This document shows positions 44,901 to 60,706 of a stretch of 64,000 nucleotides of DNA, piece by piece. Position 1 is the stretch's first letter, and each line of letters starts with the position of its first letter. Source of the DNA: the human T2T-CHM13v2.0 reference genome, Homo sapiens; NCBI RefSeq assembly GCF_009914755.1, contig NC_060934.1; one strand, given 5' to 3'. The position numbers were made by a program, and so were the translations under genes. The notes below the pieces were generated by a model. That model worked only from the letters and a program-made list of their open reading frames with translations, did no database searches and had not been told where the DNA came from.

Positions 44901-45628
44901 CCCTCTTCAGCCTCCCAAAGTGCCAGGCATGTTACTTTGGACCCTTCCTCACATTCACTCTGGAAGTATCCCAATAAACTAGCTGTACTCACCAAAAAGG
45001 ACTACTTATGTTCCTGAATAGTTGCCTGGGAGGGGCTGTTCAACTTCCTATCAAAATGGTATATGGGAATGTACTACATGAGTAACTCTCTTCCAGCTTT
45101 TTGTTGTGTGGCTACAAACTATTATATCTTTTTGCAATAAACACAATAATTTCCATGTCCATTGTATTTCCAACTGCCCTCTTGGCCTAAAATGGACGCA
45201 GTGTACAATCATAGTTTAGAGGGGGCTAATCAGGACTGGAAAGAAGTATGAAAAACACAAGGCACAAAATTTGAAGAGAAACCAGAGTTTCAATTTCTCA
45301 GAGAATGTGAACAAAGGGAAACATGCCCTGCTTGAGAATAAATATAAAGTTCTTGCCGTTAAAATGCTGGGTAGAACATGTAGTTGAATTGTAAAGTACA
45401 GACACTTTTACTCTACCCATCTGAGAAACAAGAACAATCCATTCATTGTACAGCATAACAAAGTGCTTGATACTTAAATATTTTGAATGAGTGATTTTTC
45501 AGTGAGGGAACATATCTAAATAACCCTTACATCTCTCTCCTTTGTAGAATATAAAGTAAGAGTGATACTAAATATTTAACAGTTTTTACAGTATGAGCGC
45601 TGTGAAGACCTGAATGGGCTAATGTCAG

Positions 45629-47005
45629 TTAGCGAGGATCTTTCTTGTGAACCCGCTGGTGGATGTGAAGGTTGGAGCTCTGGCTGAAGCCCTTCCCACA
45701 CTTGCTGCACTCATAGGGCTTCTCTCCAGTATGTACTCTCTGGTGGATGAGGAGTTTGGAACTCTGGCTAAATCCCTTCCCACACTTGCCACAGTGATAG
45801 GGCTTCTCTCCAGTGTGGACTCTGAGATGGATGCGAAGATCCGAGCTCTGGCTGAAACCCTTCCCACACTCATAGCATTGGTAAGGCTTCTCTCCTGTGT
45901 GGATGCACCGGTGAATGTGAAGGTTCGAGCTCTGACTGAAGCCCTTCCCACACTCACCACACTTGTAGGGCCTCTCTCCTGTGTGTACTCGCTGGTGGAT
46001 GTGCAGGTTTGAGCGCTGACTGAAGCTCATACCACACTCCTCACACTCATAGGGCTTCTCTCCAGTGTGGACTCGCTGGTGGATGTGCAGTTTGGAGCTC
46101 TGACTAAAGCCCTTCCCACACTTGTCACATTTATAAGGTTTTTCGCCTGTATGGACGGCATGATGGATGAGCAGACTTGAGCTCCTGGTGAAGCCCTTCC
46201 CACACTTGTCACACTTATAAGGCTTCTCATCTGTGTGGACTGCCTGATGGATAAGCAGACTCGAGCTCCTTGTGAAGCCCTTCCCACATTGCTCACATTT
46301 GTAGGGTTTTTCTTCTGTGTGGTCTCTCTGATGAAGTAGTAGCTCTGAGCTTTGACTGAAGTTCTTACCACACTGACTACATTCGTATTGTTTCTCTGCA
46401 GTGTGGATTTTCTCATATGGATGACCATCTGGGCTGGTGTTAAGTATTTTCCCACAGTTATTATGGTCACAGGGTTTCTCCTCTGTATGAGCTCTCTGCT
46501 GACTACAACTGACCACCTGTGATTTCCATCCATGAATGTCTTTGCAGTTACAGTCAATGGGATCCAAAGATTCTTTTAACTGGCCATTCTGGCAAGTTGC
46601 CTCACCATTTAACAATGGCGAGGCCAGTTCTTGTCCATCAGACACCAGTTTAACTTGAAGGTTCTCTGAACAACTTTCCCCCTTTATCACTTTTCTCTCA
46701 GTGCTTTCTTCCATTACAAAGAGACGTCTGCTTTCCTGATGATCCTGAGGCTCATTCTTACAGAACTTCACTGAAGAGTCTTGTGTGTCTATTTGGCTTG
46801 AGACTTTCAAAGGCAAATATGTTTCACTTTCAATGTTTTCGAAACAACCACTTTGAAGAGTCATCACACTGTCCCTGTTTCTGGAAATAGGAGAAGATGC
46901 TTCTCCCCACTGTTGACAAGGGGAAATATCTAGTTCAGGCTCCCCATCCACTTCCCCTCGATGATTCACAATACAATCCTGACTTCCAGTAATTGTACTG
47001 GCCAT
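45629..47005 (-). CDS. ZNF239: Zinc finger protein 239 (MOK2), 458 aa, acidic N-terminal region + 9 intact C2H2 fingers
   Basis: Uninterrupted [18 protein letters not shown]...[10 protein letters not shown] with ATG at 47005-47003; 9 CX2CX12HX3H fingers with TGEKP-type linkers; sequence recognised as ZNF239. Confidence 0.95.
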   Translation of the reverse strand: MASTITGSQDCIVNHRGEVDGEPELDISPCQQWGEASSPISRNRDSVMTLQSGCFENIESETYLPLKVSSQIDTQDSSVKFCKNEPQDHQESRRLFVMEESTERKVIKGESCSENLQVKLVSDGQELASPLLNGEATCQNGQLKESLDPIDCNCKDIHGWKSQVVSCSQQRAHTEEKPCDHNNCGKILNTSPDGHPYEKIHTAEKQYECSQCGKNFSQSSELLLHQRDHTEEKPYKCEQCGKGFTRSSSLLIHQAVHTDEKPYKCDKCGKGFTRSSSLLIHHAVHTGEKPYKCDKCGKGFSQSSKLHIHQRVHTGEKPYECEECGMSFSQRSNLHIHQRVHTGERPYKCGECGKGFSQSSNLHIHRCIHTGEKPYQCYECGKGFSQSSDLRIHLRVHTGEKPYHCGKCGKGFSQSSKLLIHQRVHTGEKPYECSKCGKGFSQSSNLHIHQRVHKKDPR

Positions 47006-47110
47006 GCCTTCCAAAACTAGCCAGGAGGAAAGCTCATGTAACAGATCCTGAAGTGTTTTCTGCTGAAGATTCTCCACAGAATTTTCATTCAAGTCTCCTA
47101 GGGAACAAAG
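47006..47110 (-). other. ZNF239: Splice acceptor and 92-nt leader of the ZNF239 terminal exon (exon starts at 47097)
   Basis: - strand TCTTTGTTCCCTAG|GAGAC; the leader is open in frame with the CDS at phase 1. Confidence 0.85.
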
Positions 47111-47186
47111 ACAATTCAGTGGTAAGAACAAAGGGTAGACTTCAAGATTTCAGAGTGAGAGTGCCTAAGGCCTGAAGTCTTAGTAA

Positions 47187-47684
<498 letters not shown>

Positions 47685-50600
47685 TAAGTAAATTTGCATT
47701 TAATTGGTATTCTGCTTTCATAGGTGTGGGGAATACAAGGAAGAAAATATAAATCCTTTTGCTTAACAAGCTAAAGCTTCCTGGGAAGACAAATACACCA
47801 AATAATGATAATACTAAGTGAGTGGTGTAGATGAATGTATAGTACAATACAGTACAAGAGATGTATGCCTAACCAGCCACGAAAGCACAGCAGAGGAACA
47901 CTCAACTCAGACCCTGGTGTTTAGGAAGATTTCTGGGAGAAAATGACAGGAAAAACAAAAAACAAACAAAAAAAAGGAAGTGAAATGTGGAGAGAAAATA
48001 TGACATGTTAAAGAAAACTACAAGCGGCTTCTTACGAAGGAGATAAAAACAGTAAGAGTGGTGAAGAATGTGCCACGGAGGGGAAGTAAGAGGACAGAGC
48101 AAAGGGCTTAGTGTCTAATAATAAGGACCTTGGGGCTAAACCCTGAAGGGATTGAAAACTATTAAAGAATTTTAATTCAGAGTGAAATGACTGACTTTGT
48201 GACAATAAACACCACTGGAAAGCAAGACTTTAGGTAGCGAGACGGCTGCCATAGCAAATCAGAAGAAAAACGGTAAGGATGATAGTTGTGGAGAGAATAG
48301 GAGAAATTCATTCTAGATCATGTGATGATAAACTAAACCTAGAAGAGAAAGGAGGCACCAAGCCTGTTCCTTGGGATTCCTGCCTGAGTGACGGTATGGT
48401 GGTGCTATATAATCAGATAGGAAATGCAACAGGAAGAGGCTGAAGTAGGGAAGGCAGCAGAACTGCCTTGTATAATCTGTGGTGTTGGTGGAACATTCTT
48501 GCAGTACTGGTCAGTAAGCTGTGAGATATATATAGGTCTGGAACTCCTGTGAGAGAACTGTGCTAGGAATACAGAGTTTAGACTTACTGGTATATTAAAA
48601 AACAAAAACAAAAACAAAACCCTCCCCGAGACTTAAACAATTAGAGTGAATAGCCTAATATTACACTGAAATGACAAGAAATCCATAATACTCTTGGGAA
48701 AACAGAAAGGCTGATATCATCAGAATAAAAACATTGAGGAACTCCTAAATGATAAGGAGCAGATGGATTAGGAGTGATGGAGGAACTAGGGGAAAAAAAT
48801 GTACAGCTCAAATTATGTATAACAGAAGGCTTCTTCGTGGGTAAAACATCCTAAGAAATCATAGAAATTCAATTACCAAACTCAGAATCAATAATTACAA
48901 AGTAAGGGAGCACTGACCCCATTTCTCTGGAGTCTATGTCTCAGAAAATAATAAACAATGATAAAGTAAGACATTTCCTAATTCAACTTAGGCATTCCTA
49001 ACAGCTGTGCTAGTTTTTGCTGTTAGCAGCACTCTCCCAGCCCACCCTCTTCCTCTTAGAAATAGAAATATTGGATGGCTAGCAGCAGTGCCCTCATATA
49101 AAGCCTCAAGAATAAAATAAATGATCTGCCAAAGAAAGACTGCTAATAATATTAACTGGACTGAAGAGAGAAGCAGAGGTTGAGGTAATGTTGAACGTAC
49201 ACAATGACCAATGGATTAAGGTACAAAAAAGAAGTAATTGACAACATAAGTGCCCAGGATAAAACTTCAAGCTAAACTTTTTAATGGGAGTTCTGACAAG
49301 GAAGATAGCCCAGCGCTGGAAATAAAGAAGCAGGGCATGCCCCAGATAACTCAGTGGCAAAAGAGGTGGACTTAAAAAATGGCCTACACCACTGTGCAGG
49401 GGAGTACAGGGAATAGGAGGCCCACCTGAGGCTCAGCCCTAGCCCTTAGCCCATCCGTGGGGCCAGTTTACTGCCTGGGTAGTCCCCTTGCCCATGTATC
49501 CAGCTACAAAACAATTCAAATTTTTTCTTTTTCCCAAAATAAAACCTCAGCTAGCTCTGCCAACTGTCAAAAAAAAAAAAAAAAAAAAAAAAGGCCTATA
49601 ATATCCACCATCTGGATTCTTATTACCTCCCTCCCTAGCCCAATCAGCAGAAGTGTCCCCTAAAGTAAAACACATATGCATGCCAAAGTGGGTCAAGCAT
49701 GGGTTGAGGACACACTCCAATATCATGCTGAGAACACAAGAATTTTGAAAAAATATATAAGGAGACCAACAGAATTTAAAAGGTACATAATTAAAATCCC
49801 AGAAAAACTGGAGAGGATATCACATTTAAACACAATCTAATAATAAAATATAAACATATTGCTATGAAAAATAATAATTCTAAATAAAATGACTGAAGAT
49901 GATGATAGGTTATGTCACTTGTTTCCTAGATATGTGTCAGGCTGTTTTAGTCAAACGCCTGCAATCTAGATGAGTTAAATAGTAAAATGAACACATGGCT
50001 AAGATGGAAGATTGAGGAATTCTCCAAGAATGCAAATGAAAAGACAGACAAATAGAAAGATAAAAGTAAAAGCCCATCTTCAAGGAGCTGCATGAGGACA
50101 GTGAAGATGGAACACAGGGAGAGAAAATGATCAAAGAAATAATAACAAAAAAATGTTTCCTAGAATTCAAGATTCAGGGCCCAATAAATGCTAAAAAATG
50201 GTATGTAAAAAGACCCCAAACTAAACATACTCTTTTAAACCTCAGGACTTCAAGGAAAAAACAAACAAACAAACAAACAAACAAACAAAGAAACAGAAAA
50301 TGCTAAAAGCTTCCAAACAGAAAAGCCAGGTTATGTGCAAATAAATGAGAATTATATTGACACTGAACAACTAATTGGCAATATTGCAAATCTTCAATAT
50401 CTTCAAATTTTGGGTTAAAAGTCATTGTGAAATTATAATTTTTACCCAGCCAATTAACCATTTCAGTGGGAGGAAAAAATAGACACTCTTTCAGACACGA
50501 AAAGATTCAATTACTAAAACAATCATTCAGGAATATACTATAGCAAAATTTTTTAAAATTTAAGAAAAAGGATACATGCTGCAAGAAATAGCAGTAAGCC

Positions 50601-51919
50601 AAGAAGTCAATACAATACATAATTAGGCCAGGCATGGTGGTTCATGTCTGTAATCCCAGCATTTTGGGAGGTTGAGGTGAGGTGATTGCTTGAGCTCAGG
50701 AGTTCGAGACCAGTGTGTGCAACACGGCAAAACTCTCTCTACAAAATACAAAACAAAAACCCCCAAACCCCAAAACCATAGTTGAAAAATAAAAGAAAAA
50801 AATAAACAAAACTCTACAATAACAGCACGGAGTCAAAACCCCCCAAATAAAATATATTTTTAAAAAGCAAGTATTAGCTTCAGAGGAAAAATAAAAAAAT
50901 TAAAAAGAACTATAATCATACTGTACTACTTGACTCTACAGTGAACAACTAATTACAAAGTCAAAGCAATGTAAGCATTCATCACTGACATGACTCTAAC
51001 ATAAATTCTTGGGAAGCTAGGCATTTGGGGAGGTAATATAAAAAAGCTACATCCTCATCTATAATATAGGGAAGTCAATAGAAATTACAAAATATTGATA
51101 AACTGAGAAATAACAGTATATCACAATACACTAAATTTAAAGGATACTGAGGTACCATTTTCCACCTGTTACACTAGCACAAACCCGAAGTCTGAAGACA
51201 CACATTACTTGTGAATGTAAACTGATACGAAGGACAGACATTTTGACAATTATCAATCAATGTCATAAATATATGCACTCAGCATTCCAACTTAGAGTTT
51301 TACTCTTCAGATTTTCAGGCATAATTTGTGAAATGACATTTACATGAGACAGCTCACTTTTTAGAGGCCAATGACCAGAACCTGGATAGACAAGAGCTAC
51401 AGACATGAAAGAAACTTTTCACTGTGCACGTTTTATATTTATTTTTTAACCATGTGAATGCATTTATTGTTTACATGAGAGAGAAAAATAACAATATGTA
51501 AACATATTGTCTGGAGTAGGAAGACAAACCCAATATGGAACAGCTAGAAAGGTGAAAACTGAGTGCCTTTGGAAGCCACACTGTGGCTGATGGAGCAGCA
51601 GAGTCAGGAAACAGGAATGTTTTTACTATGAGCTGTCCACACAACTTGTTTTACCCAGGTGAGTGTATCACTTTGTTTATAAATTTCAAAAGTAATGGCA
51701 AAAATGAAAAAGAAAAATGACAAAAGAAAAACAGGGCAGTTTGTAGCGTTAAATCATGAAATGGGCTGAAATGATTAAATGGATTTTAAAGGATATTGCT
51801 TCAACAGCCATATCGTACAATACTTGGAAATGGCTAGTGGTTATAGAAATTATAGGTATATGAAAATGAATGGGGGAGGAATTTTATGAAAGGTGCATTT
51901 TAATGAAAGTGTGATGTTA

Positions 51920-52129
<210 letters not shown>

Positions 52130-52492
52130 TCAGGAGGCTGAGTCAGGAGAAATCACTTGAACCCGGGAGGTGGAGCTTACAGTGAGCCGAGATTGTGCCA
52201 CTGCACTCCAGCCTGGGCGACAGAGTGAGCCTTCGTCTAAAAGAAGAAGAAGAAAAAAAAATATGAAGAATGAGTGTATAACATTAGGAGAAAATACTGA
52301 CATGAGAAAAGGGGTCCTTTTATAGGGATTTAACATGGCAGAAAAAAGCTCTAACACATACTGCATAAAACAGCACATTAAAAATACACAGTGTAATCTC
52401 ATAAAATTTTAATACATATACTTGTAATGTACATACATAAGTACAGAGTCCATAGAAAGTGATTTGATTTCATATTATACTGTGTTGTTTGA

Positions 52493-52931
<439 letters not shown>

Positions 52932-53639
52932 TGAGCCAGGCCATGTTCACCACCTCTTCTCAGTCCTTCTTAGATGCACCCTGTGGTCTACCACACTCCT
53001 CCTTCCAGGTCTTTGGGTCTCTTCTTGCATGGTTCTCTTTGCCTGGAATGTTCTTCCCCTCCCTAGCCACCTGTTTAAACTATTGATCCCTTAGCTCCCA
53101 GTTTAATGTCACTTCAGAGGCTCTCCGTAAGACACATACACAACCCGCATTCCATCACGTCTTTGTTCTCTCAGAGCGGTGTTCCATTCTTCACAGGACT
53201 TACTGACCGTATAGTAACACTCCAAAGAATGACATCATAAATGATGTTTAAAGGAGACAAGTGTACCTGCAACATCTAACTTGAGCTTGAAAAACGATGG
53301 CAACAATCTGACTAATTTTTACCCTATTTTAAGCGTTAAACAGAATGACTTTAGGGCAACATCTGTGGGATCTAGGAGTGTTAATAAACTTAAAAGAAGT
53401 TAAAGTTAAAAAAGAATTGGTGGGAGATTTTAGATACTGAGGACGAGAAGAGAGAAATTTTTTTAAAAAAATTTTTTTATTTTGAGACAGGGTCTCACTC
53501 TGTTGCCCAGGCTGGAGAATTTTGCTCTCTGAAGCCTCAACCTCTCTGGCTTAGGTGATCCTCCCACCTCAGCCTCCCAAGTAGCTGGGACTACAGGTGT
53601 ATGCCACCAGGCCCGGCTAATTTTTTATATTTTTTGTAG

Positions 53640-53768
<129 letters not shown>

Positions 53769-53903
53769 TAGTCATGGCCTATTTCTAAACTAGGAGACTG
53801 GAACAACTTTAATACTGACAAAAGTGGGACTATAAGAAGGGAACTTAAAAAGGAAAATAATTTTAGGCTTATCAAAATAGAAAGGAGAGTTGAACACCAT
53901 TAA

Positions 53904-54145
<242 letters not shown>

Positions 54146-54576
54146 TAAAGGCACCCGCCACCACGCCCAGCTAATTTTTGTATTTTTAGTAGAGACAGGA
54201 TTTTGCCATGTTGGCCAGGCTGGTCTCGAACTCCTGACCTCAGGTGATCCGCCCACCTCGGCCTCCCAAAGTGCTGGGATTATAGGTGTGAGCCACCACA
54301 CCTGGCCAAACAAATCTTACATATTATGCTGGTTTGGGACTCATAAAAACAATCCTACCTGACAAAACCTTATTCCTTCATACTTAATTTTTCTACAGGA
54401 GAAATTTAATTTGTCTCCTTTTGGCAGGGAGAGAGTAATGATAAAGAAAAAGGCCGAGAAACACTGATGATGTAACTTAAAACCAAAGAGCCCTTTGAGA
54501 TTTCAAGTTAGAAAAAAGACAGAAGCCAGGAGATCAAGACCAGCCTGGCTAACATGGTGAAACCCTGTCTCTACTA

Positions 54577-54840
<264 letters not shown>

Positions 54841-55787
54841 TCATGCATGACAAAGAATTTCAAGAGAAGGTCAACACTATAGAAACCATCAATAAAACTG
54901 ATAATGGTAAATATGCTGAAATAAAAATTAAAAAAGGAACAAACTCTGAAAGAGACAAAAGTTCAGTAGTGACTTCCAAGTGGGCAATTTTGGTACAAGA
55001 ACAGAGCACAGGCACTGGGTTTATATAAAGAACGTGGAAAGGCCTGGTTCACTACCTGGAGGTAACCACTTTGCCCTGTAGCATTCTCTTTACTCCCCAG
55101 GATTAGCTGAAAATAGAAACTGAAAGGCCACAGTTACTGAGGGAAGAGAACCAGGGTCCCACTGTGGACTGAGGGAGGCAAAAACCCTGAAAGCTAACAT
55201 GATGACACATTTTTCAGTGTTTTTTTTTTTTGACAGGGTCTCACGGTCACCAGGGCAGGAGTGCAGTAGTGTCATCTCGGCTCACTGCAACTCTGCCTTC
55301 CTGGCTCAAGGGGTCCTCCCACCTCAGCCTCCTGAGTAGCTGGGATTACATGTAACTGCCGCCATGTCCTGCTAATTTTTGTATATTTTGTAGAGACAGG
55401 GTTTCGCTGTGTTGCCCAGGCTGGTCTCAAACTCATGAGCTCAAGCCATCTGCCCGCCTTAGCCTCCCAAAGTGCTGGGATTATAGGCATGAGCCACTGT
55501 GCCCAGCCACTTTTCAGTGTTTTTTGTAGAATGGCTGCTTTTGGCTATAAAATGGCAAGTTCATATGGTTCAACCTAGTAGGTATACATTCATTTCCCCA
55601 TCTAATTTAAGTTCTTCATGAACATATTTTTTAATGGCTACATACTTTTCTGTGATCCATGATAATTTGCCTGACCAATCCCCTGTGATACATCTAGTGG
55701 GTAAATAATTTTTTCACTATTTTAAATAATTCTATAATGAATATCTTTGTTCACAATTTTCAGTTAAAATTACTAATTATTGCCTTA

Positions 55788-56021
<234 letters not shown>

Positions 56022-56506
56022 TCAAAACAAACAAACAAACAAACAAACAAAACAAAAAGACTCCGTCTCAAAAAAAGAAAACAAAAAAGTGTTTTATCTA
56101 TTTGTAGGGTATGAGAGTGTCTCACCATGAATTTCGATTATTTTTGGGAGGGGAGAGGGATGAATTCCTGAATGTGTAAGAAAAGAAATAATGGAAACTG
56201 GATATTGCCAGGCAGGGGGAGGACATTCAATGAAAAATAAAGTCCAAGCAAAGATGGCACATGACCAATGTTGGGGAAATGTGGGGAAAGGCAGGAGTAC
56301 AGAGAAGCAAGTGACCATTACTGGGAAAGACCACAACCTCCTGCAGAGGTAGAAGGGCAGTAAGTGAATAGATCAGGTAAAACAGTAGCACATAGGAAAC
56401 ATCCTGGAAGTCCCTGCTTTCGACACAGACTGCAAGATACCAGATAACTCCTGGAACGTTGAAAAAGGGATTCCTCTGCTGTGGATTAGCCTGGCTTATA
56501 ACTTGC

Positions 56507-56610
56507 CATGATGCCTGGTGCTCTTTGAGGTTCACTTGCTATTATATAATGATCTTTATCTTGCTCCATCTGAGAGATCACATTTCAGAAACTCACAGGG
56601 ATTGGGTGAT
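56507..56610 (-). pseudogene. ZNF239: Decayed KRAB-B exon relic
   Basis: Translates PVSF*NVISQMEQDKDHYII. It lies about 200 nt after the KRAB-A exon, and the pyrimidine tract ends CACAA rather than CACAG. Confidence 0.55.
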
Positions 56611-56817
56611 TGTGCAGAAAGCAAAATCAGTCCCACCTCTGGCTTATAAAGGATGGAAAAGGTATGGTTTTTGAGACAACCCAGTAAAACTACCATTCTC
56701 CAATTTTTACCAAGTTCTTTAGCTGCTTAGAATAGTCAGAAAACATCCTTTTGTGTCAAAAAGGAAGTAGGAAACAAAGAAGCCAATGGGCAGGTGTCCA
56801 AGTTCACATGTCCTTAC

Positions 56818-56944
56818 CCACCAAGACCAAGTTTCTGTAGTTGCCCAGCATCACAGCTCCGCACAGCTTCCTGGGAGCAGAGTCCAGGTGACCTCACTCC
56901 TCCTCGGTGAAGGCCACAGAGGCATCCTTGAATGTAACTGGTTC
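56818..56944 (-). other. ZNF239: 127-nt KRAB-A-derived exon with an in-frame stop (probable ZNF239 5' leader exon)
   Basis: TTTTAG|GAACCA...GTGG|GTAAGG; translates [41 protein letters not shown]; TGA at 56896-56894. Confidence 0.9.
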
Positions 56945-59900
56945 CTAAAACATTAAGCACATTCCTCCTCAACAAACAACCATCTGCACAAATGCCCTGC
57001 AAGTGGGGTGAAGTCAGCAGCACTGGAAAAGGTAAGAAAGGTATAGAAGAAGTTTGCAGCTCAGGGATCTGAGTGAGCTAAGCCAAGTTTTGTTGGAAAG
57101 TCTTTCCTTTCTCACTTACTTGGCTACTTCCATCCAAATCATTTCCCTCCTGCCCACAACATATCTACGCTCAAGTTCTCAGCTACTGAATCTTTCTGTG
57201 TCACTCTCTTCTTGTGTCATTGCTGAGTTGTCATCTTCACCCCATTCCCACCATTATCCTGACAACCTTAACACTCGCAGGAACAATTTACCCAACACTC
57301 TGACCTCACATTTCTTAATCTCCACAGTGCCAATGATCTCAGCCACATTTCATCAAACTGTAATAACCATAATCGGGACTAGTCCACTACCTGGACCCCT
57401 CTACTCTTAAAATATGAATCTCTCTAATATCCTACAAGTTAAAAATCACTTCCTATGCTTTCTGTTCTTCCTCTTCTAAACTAAGTAGTTGAACATTACT
57501 GGGAAAATAAAATAGCACATATACACACAGCCATAAAACACTCTCCTGAGGGATCCCTTGACTTAAAATACCATTCACTGCCAAATATTTATTTCCAGCC
57601 CTAACCTCTTACCTCACCTCCAGACTCCACCTTTCTACCTTTTAACATCTACACTGGGACGTCTAAAGTGCTTAAAACTTAACAGGCCCTAGCTGGGCAC
57701 GATGGCTCACGGCTGTAATCCCAGCATTTGGGGAGGCCGAGGTGGGCGGATCACTTGAGGTCAGGAGTTCGAGACCAGCCTGGCCAACATGGTGAAACCT
57801 CGTCTCTACTGAAAATACAAAAATTAGCCAGGCGTGGTGATGTGTGCCTGTAGTCCCAGCTACTCAGGAGGCTGAGGTGGAAGGATCTCTTGAACCCGGG
57901 AGGCGGAGGTTGCAGTGAGTTGAACAAACAAACAAAAAACAAAACAAAACACTTAACAGGCCCCAACAGAACTCCTGCTCCAGCAATATCCATCAGCATC
58001 TGCTCTTCCCCAGTCATCCCCATTTTAGTAAACAGCCACACGAACCACTCAATTGCTCAAACCAAAATCCCCGATGTCATTTCATTCTCATCCTCACATC
58101 TCACCTATCACCCACCTCCTTTACCGCTAAAGCATATCGGCATCCACCCAGCTCCCCTGCCCTGCACTGTCACCTCTCTAGGCCTAGGCAGCACTTGCTC
58201 TCACCCACATCAACCTCCTGGTTGGTCTGACTCTACTCCTGCTCCCCCAAACATGAGTTTTCCACATGACAGCCAAGGTGATCTTTTAAAACAAAAACAA
58301 GGCCAAGCATGAAACCCTCCAAAGGCTTTTCAGTGGCCATCCAGTAAAATCCAGACTCTTCATCCTGGCCCATGAGGCTCTCCTGTCACCTCCCCAACCT
58401 AGGCCTCTCTTATGATCATATTCAGCACCAGTGACCCAGCAGGCCCTTGAACTGCATCAAACTCATTGTAGCTTCTGCACTAGCTGCCCTCTCCATTCCT
58501 CATGATTCAGCTCTCAGTCCAACTGTTGCCTCTTCAGAAAGCATGTCACTGACCATCTAATCCACTGGAGCATCCTGTATATATCATTTTCCTGGTTTAA
58601 TTTAATTAATTTCTTCTTATAACTTATGCCTTACCTTATTTTCTTATTCACTTGCTTTCTTATTTACTGTCTTTCCCTGCTGAGATTTAAATTCCCCAAG
58701 AATAGAGAGGCTGCCTCATTTGTTCATGACTGCATCCCCAAGACCTCAAGCAGGGCCTGGCACATAAAGGGAGTCCAAATATTTACTCAGTCAATGTCAG
58801 CAAATCTGGTTCCCTTCAGGGCTCTGTCTGATGAAGCAATGCTTCTTAAACTACCTGTGGTGAAGAACCAGTTTTTTTTTGTTTTTGAAACTCTCAATTT
58901 CAGTACTTATATCTGCACAGTGCATGGGCTGGCACCACTCTCTAAGGCACAATTTCAAAAGTAAAGTGATAGAATATATAAAAAGTCATAAAGGCTGTCT
59001 CATAAATTTGATCAGCTAAGCCAGCTTTGGCCTGAGGCTAAAGAGGCACCACTCCCTCCTTCCTTGGGCCTGCCCTGCAGGAGTGACATGACTTACCCAA
59101 CTTGTCACCAGTGGGGAAGGATGAGGGTAAAGATGAAGGTAAGGATGGGTGCTGTCTCCCAAGCTTTCTGTTCAAGGTCACTGGTCTCCATTCTGAGGAA
59201 GAGGGCTGGAAAAGGAGGCTCAAGCCCCGGAGTAAAGGTGGGACAAACAAACAGAAGCAAAGGTTGCTGCCTTCAAGCTCCATCACCACATCCTTTAGCA
59301 AGGCATGACCCATGGCATATTAAAAGCAAGTGGACTGGCTGCTCTTCCCAACCAGACCTTCTCTTCAGACCACAGAGAAAAAAAAATTTCTTTCTGTTTA
59401 AGGCTAATCTCTTCCTGTGCATTCTAGATCAAATCCCTTCTTCTATCTTCAGAGATGCAAGCCCACCAATTATCTTTTCTCTCCCTTATTTTTTTATCCG
59501 TCTTCCATTCAGTTGTCTGGATTGTCTAATCCTCCTTCTCTACCTCAACAATATTCAAACCATTTCAGATCCTGTCAATTCTGCCTCCTAAATTTCCCTC
59601 CAATGTGTTACCTCTTTTCCATTTCCACTGCCAGTCTTAGTAAGACCCTTATTTTTTTTCTTACCTAGGCTACAATAACTCCTTACCAATTCTTTGTAGT
59701 ACAATTTTTGTCATCTTCCAGTCCCTAGGTTAGACAACCAGAGTTATTAATTTTTTAAGGTCCTCAAGATAAAATGGCAGGCGGGACTCCATTCTGAGAA
59801 GGGAAAGGATATGTTGGTGGACTACTAACTTTGTGGTAGGTAAAAAAAATGACAGGAGTAGACCAAATGAAAAGAATCATTGTGACAAGGGAAAGGAGAA

Positions 59901-60463
59901 AAGGAAAGGAAATTAGTGCTCCTGTTAAAGCAAGACAAAGGTGGGACTGAAACACTGAATAATCAACAGTCTTCCCAGGTATCAGTGGCACTAAGGAGTC
60001 ACTCCAAGGCTGTGCTCCTGCTTACAGTTGGGAGAGCAGACTTGATATTCTAAAGGCCAACCAAAGAGGAAGGTCACAAGTTCAATTGTTTCCTGTTTCT
60101 ATCAGACAAATGTCGACCTCCTCAGAACTACATACATGCCATCATGTGGCCTTCCACTTCTTTCTAGAGCCCATCTCTGCTGTATCTAACAATTTACTTT
60201 GAAGTGGAAAAGCAGGAAGAGGCACACTAGATTACCTGGAGTCATTCAACACATTACACTTGAGTCTAGCACAGTCCTTTCTATAGTAAGCCCTAACTTA
60301 TTGAGTTCTCCCATCCATTTTGGAGCTTTCAGTCTCAGGACAATAGCCTCTTTCTGAAGCATGAGGATGAGTTAGAATTCTCCTCCTCTGAGATCTCATA
60401 GCATCTTTCACATCCCTCTACTATAGCTATTAAGTCTCTCCCAAGTTGGCTGGAAGATTCTGA

Positions 60464-60706
<243 letters not shown>

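Noticed and set aside
45625-46557. Alternative-frame and antisense ORFs over the zinc fingers
   Set aside because: Common shadow ORFs of periodic C2H2 coding sequence.
47098-47131. N-terminus [11 protein letters not shown] of the 500-aa ORF in the track
   Set aside because: It starts at a non-ATG codon inside the intron's pyrimidine tract, upstream of the acceptor.
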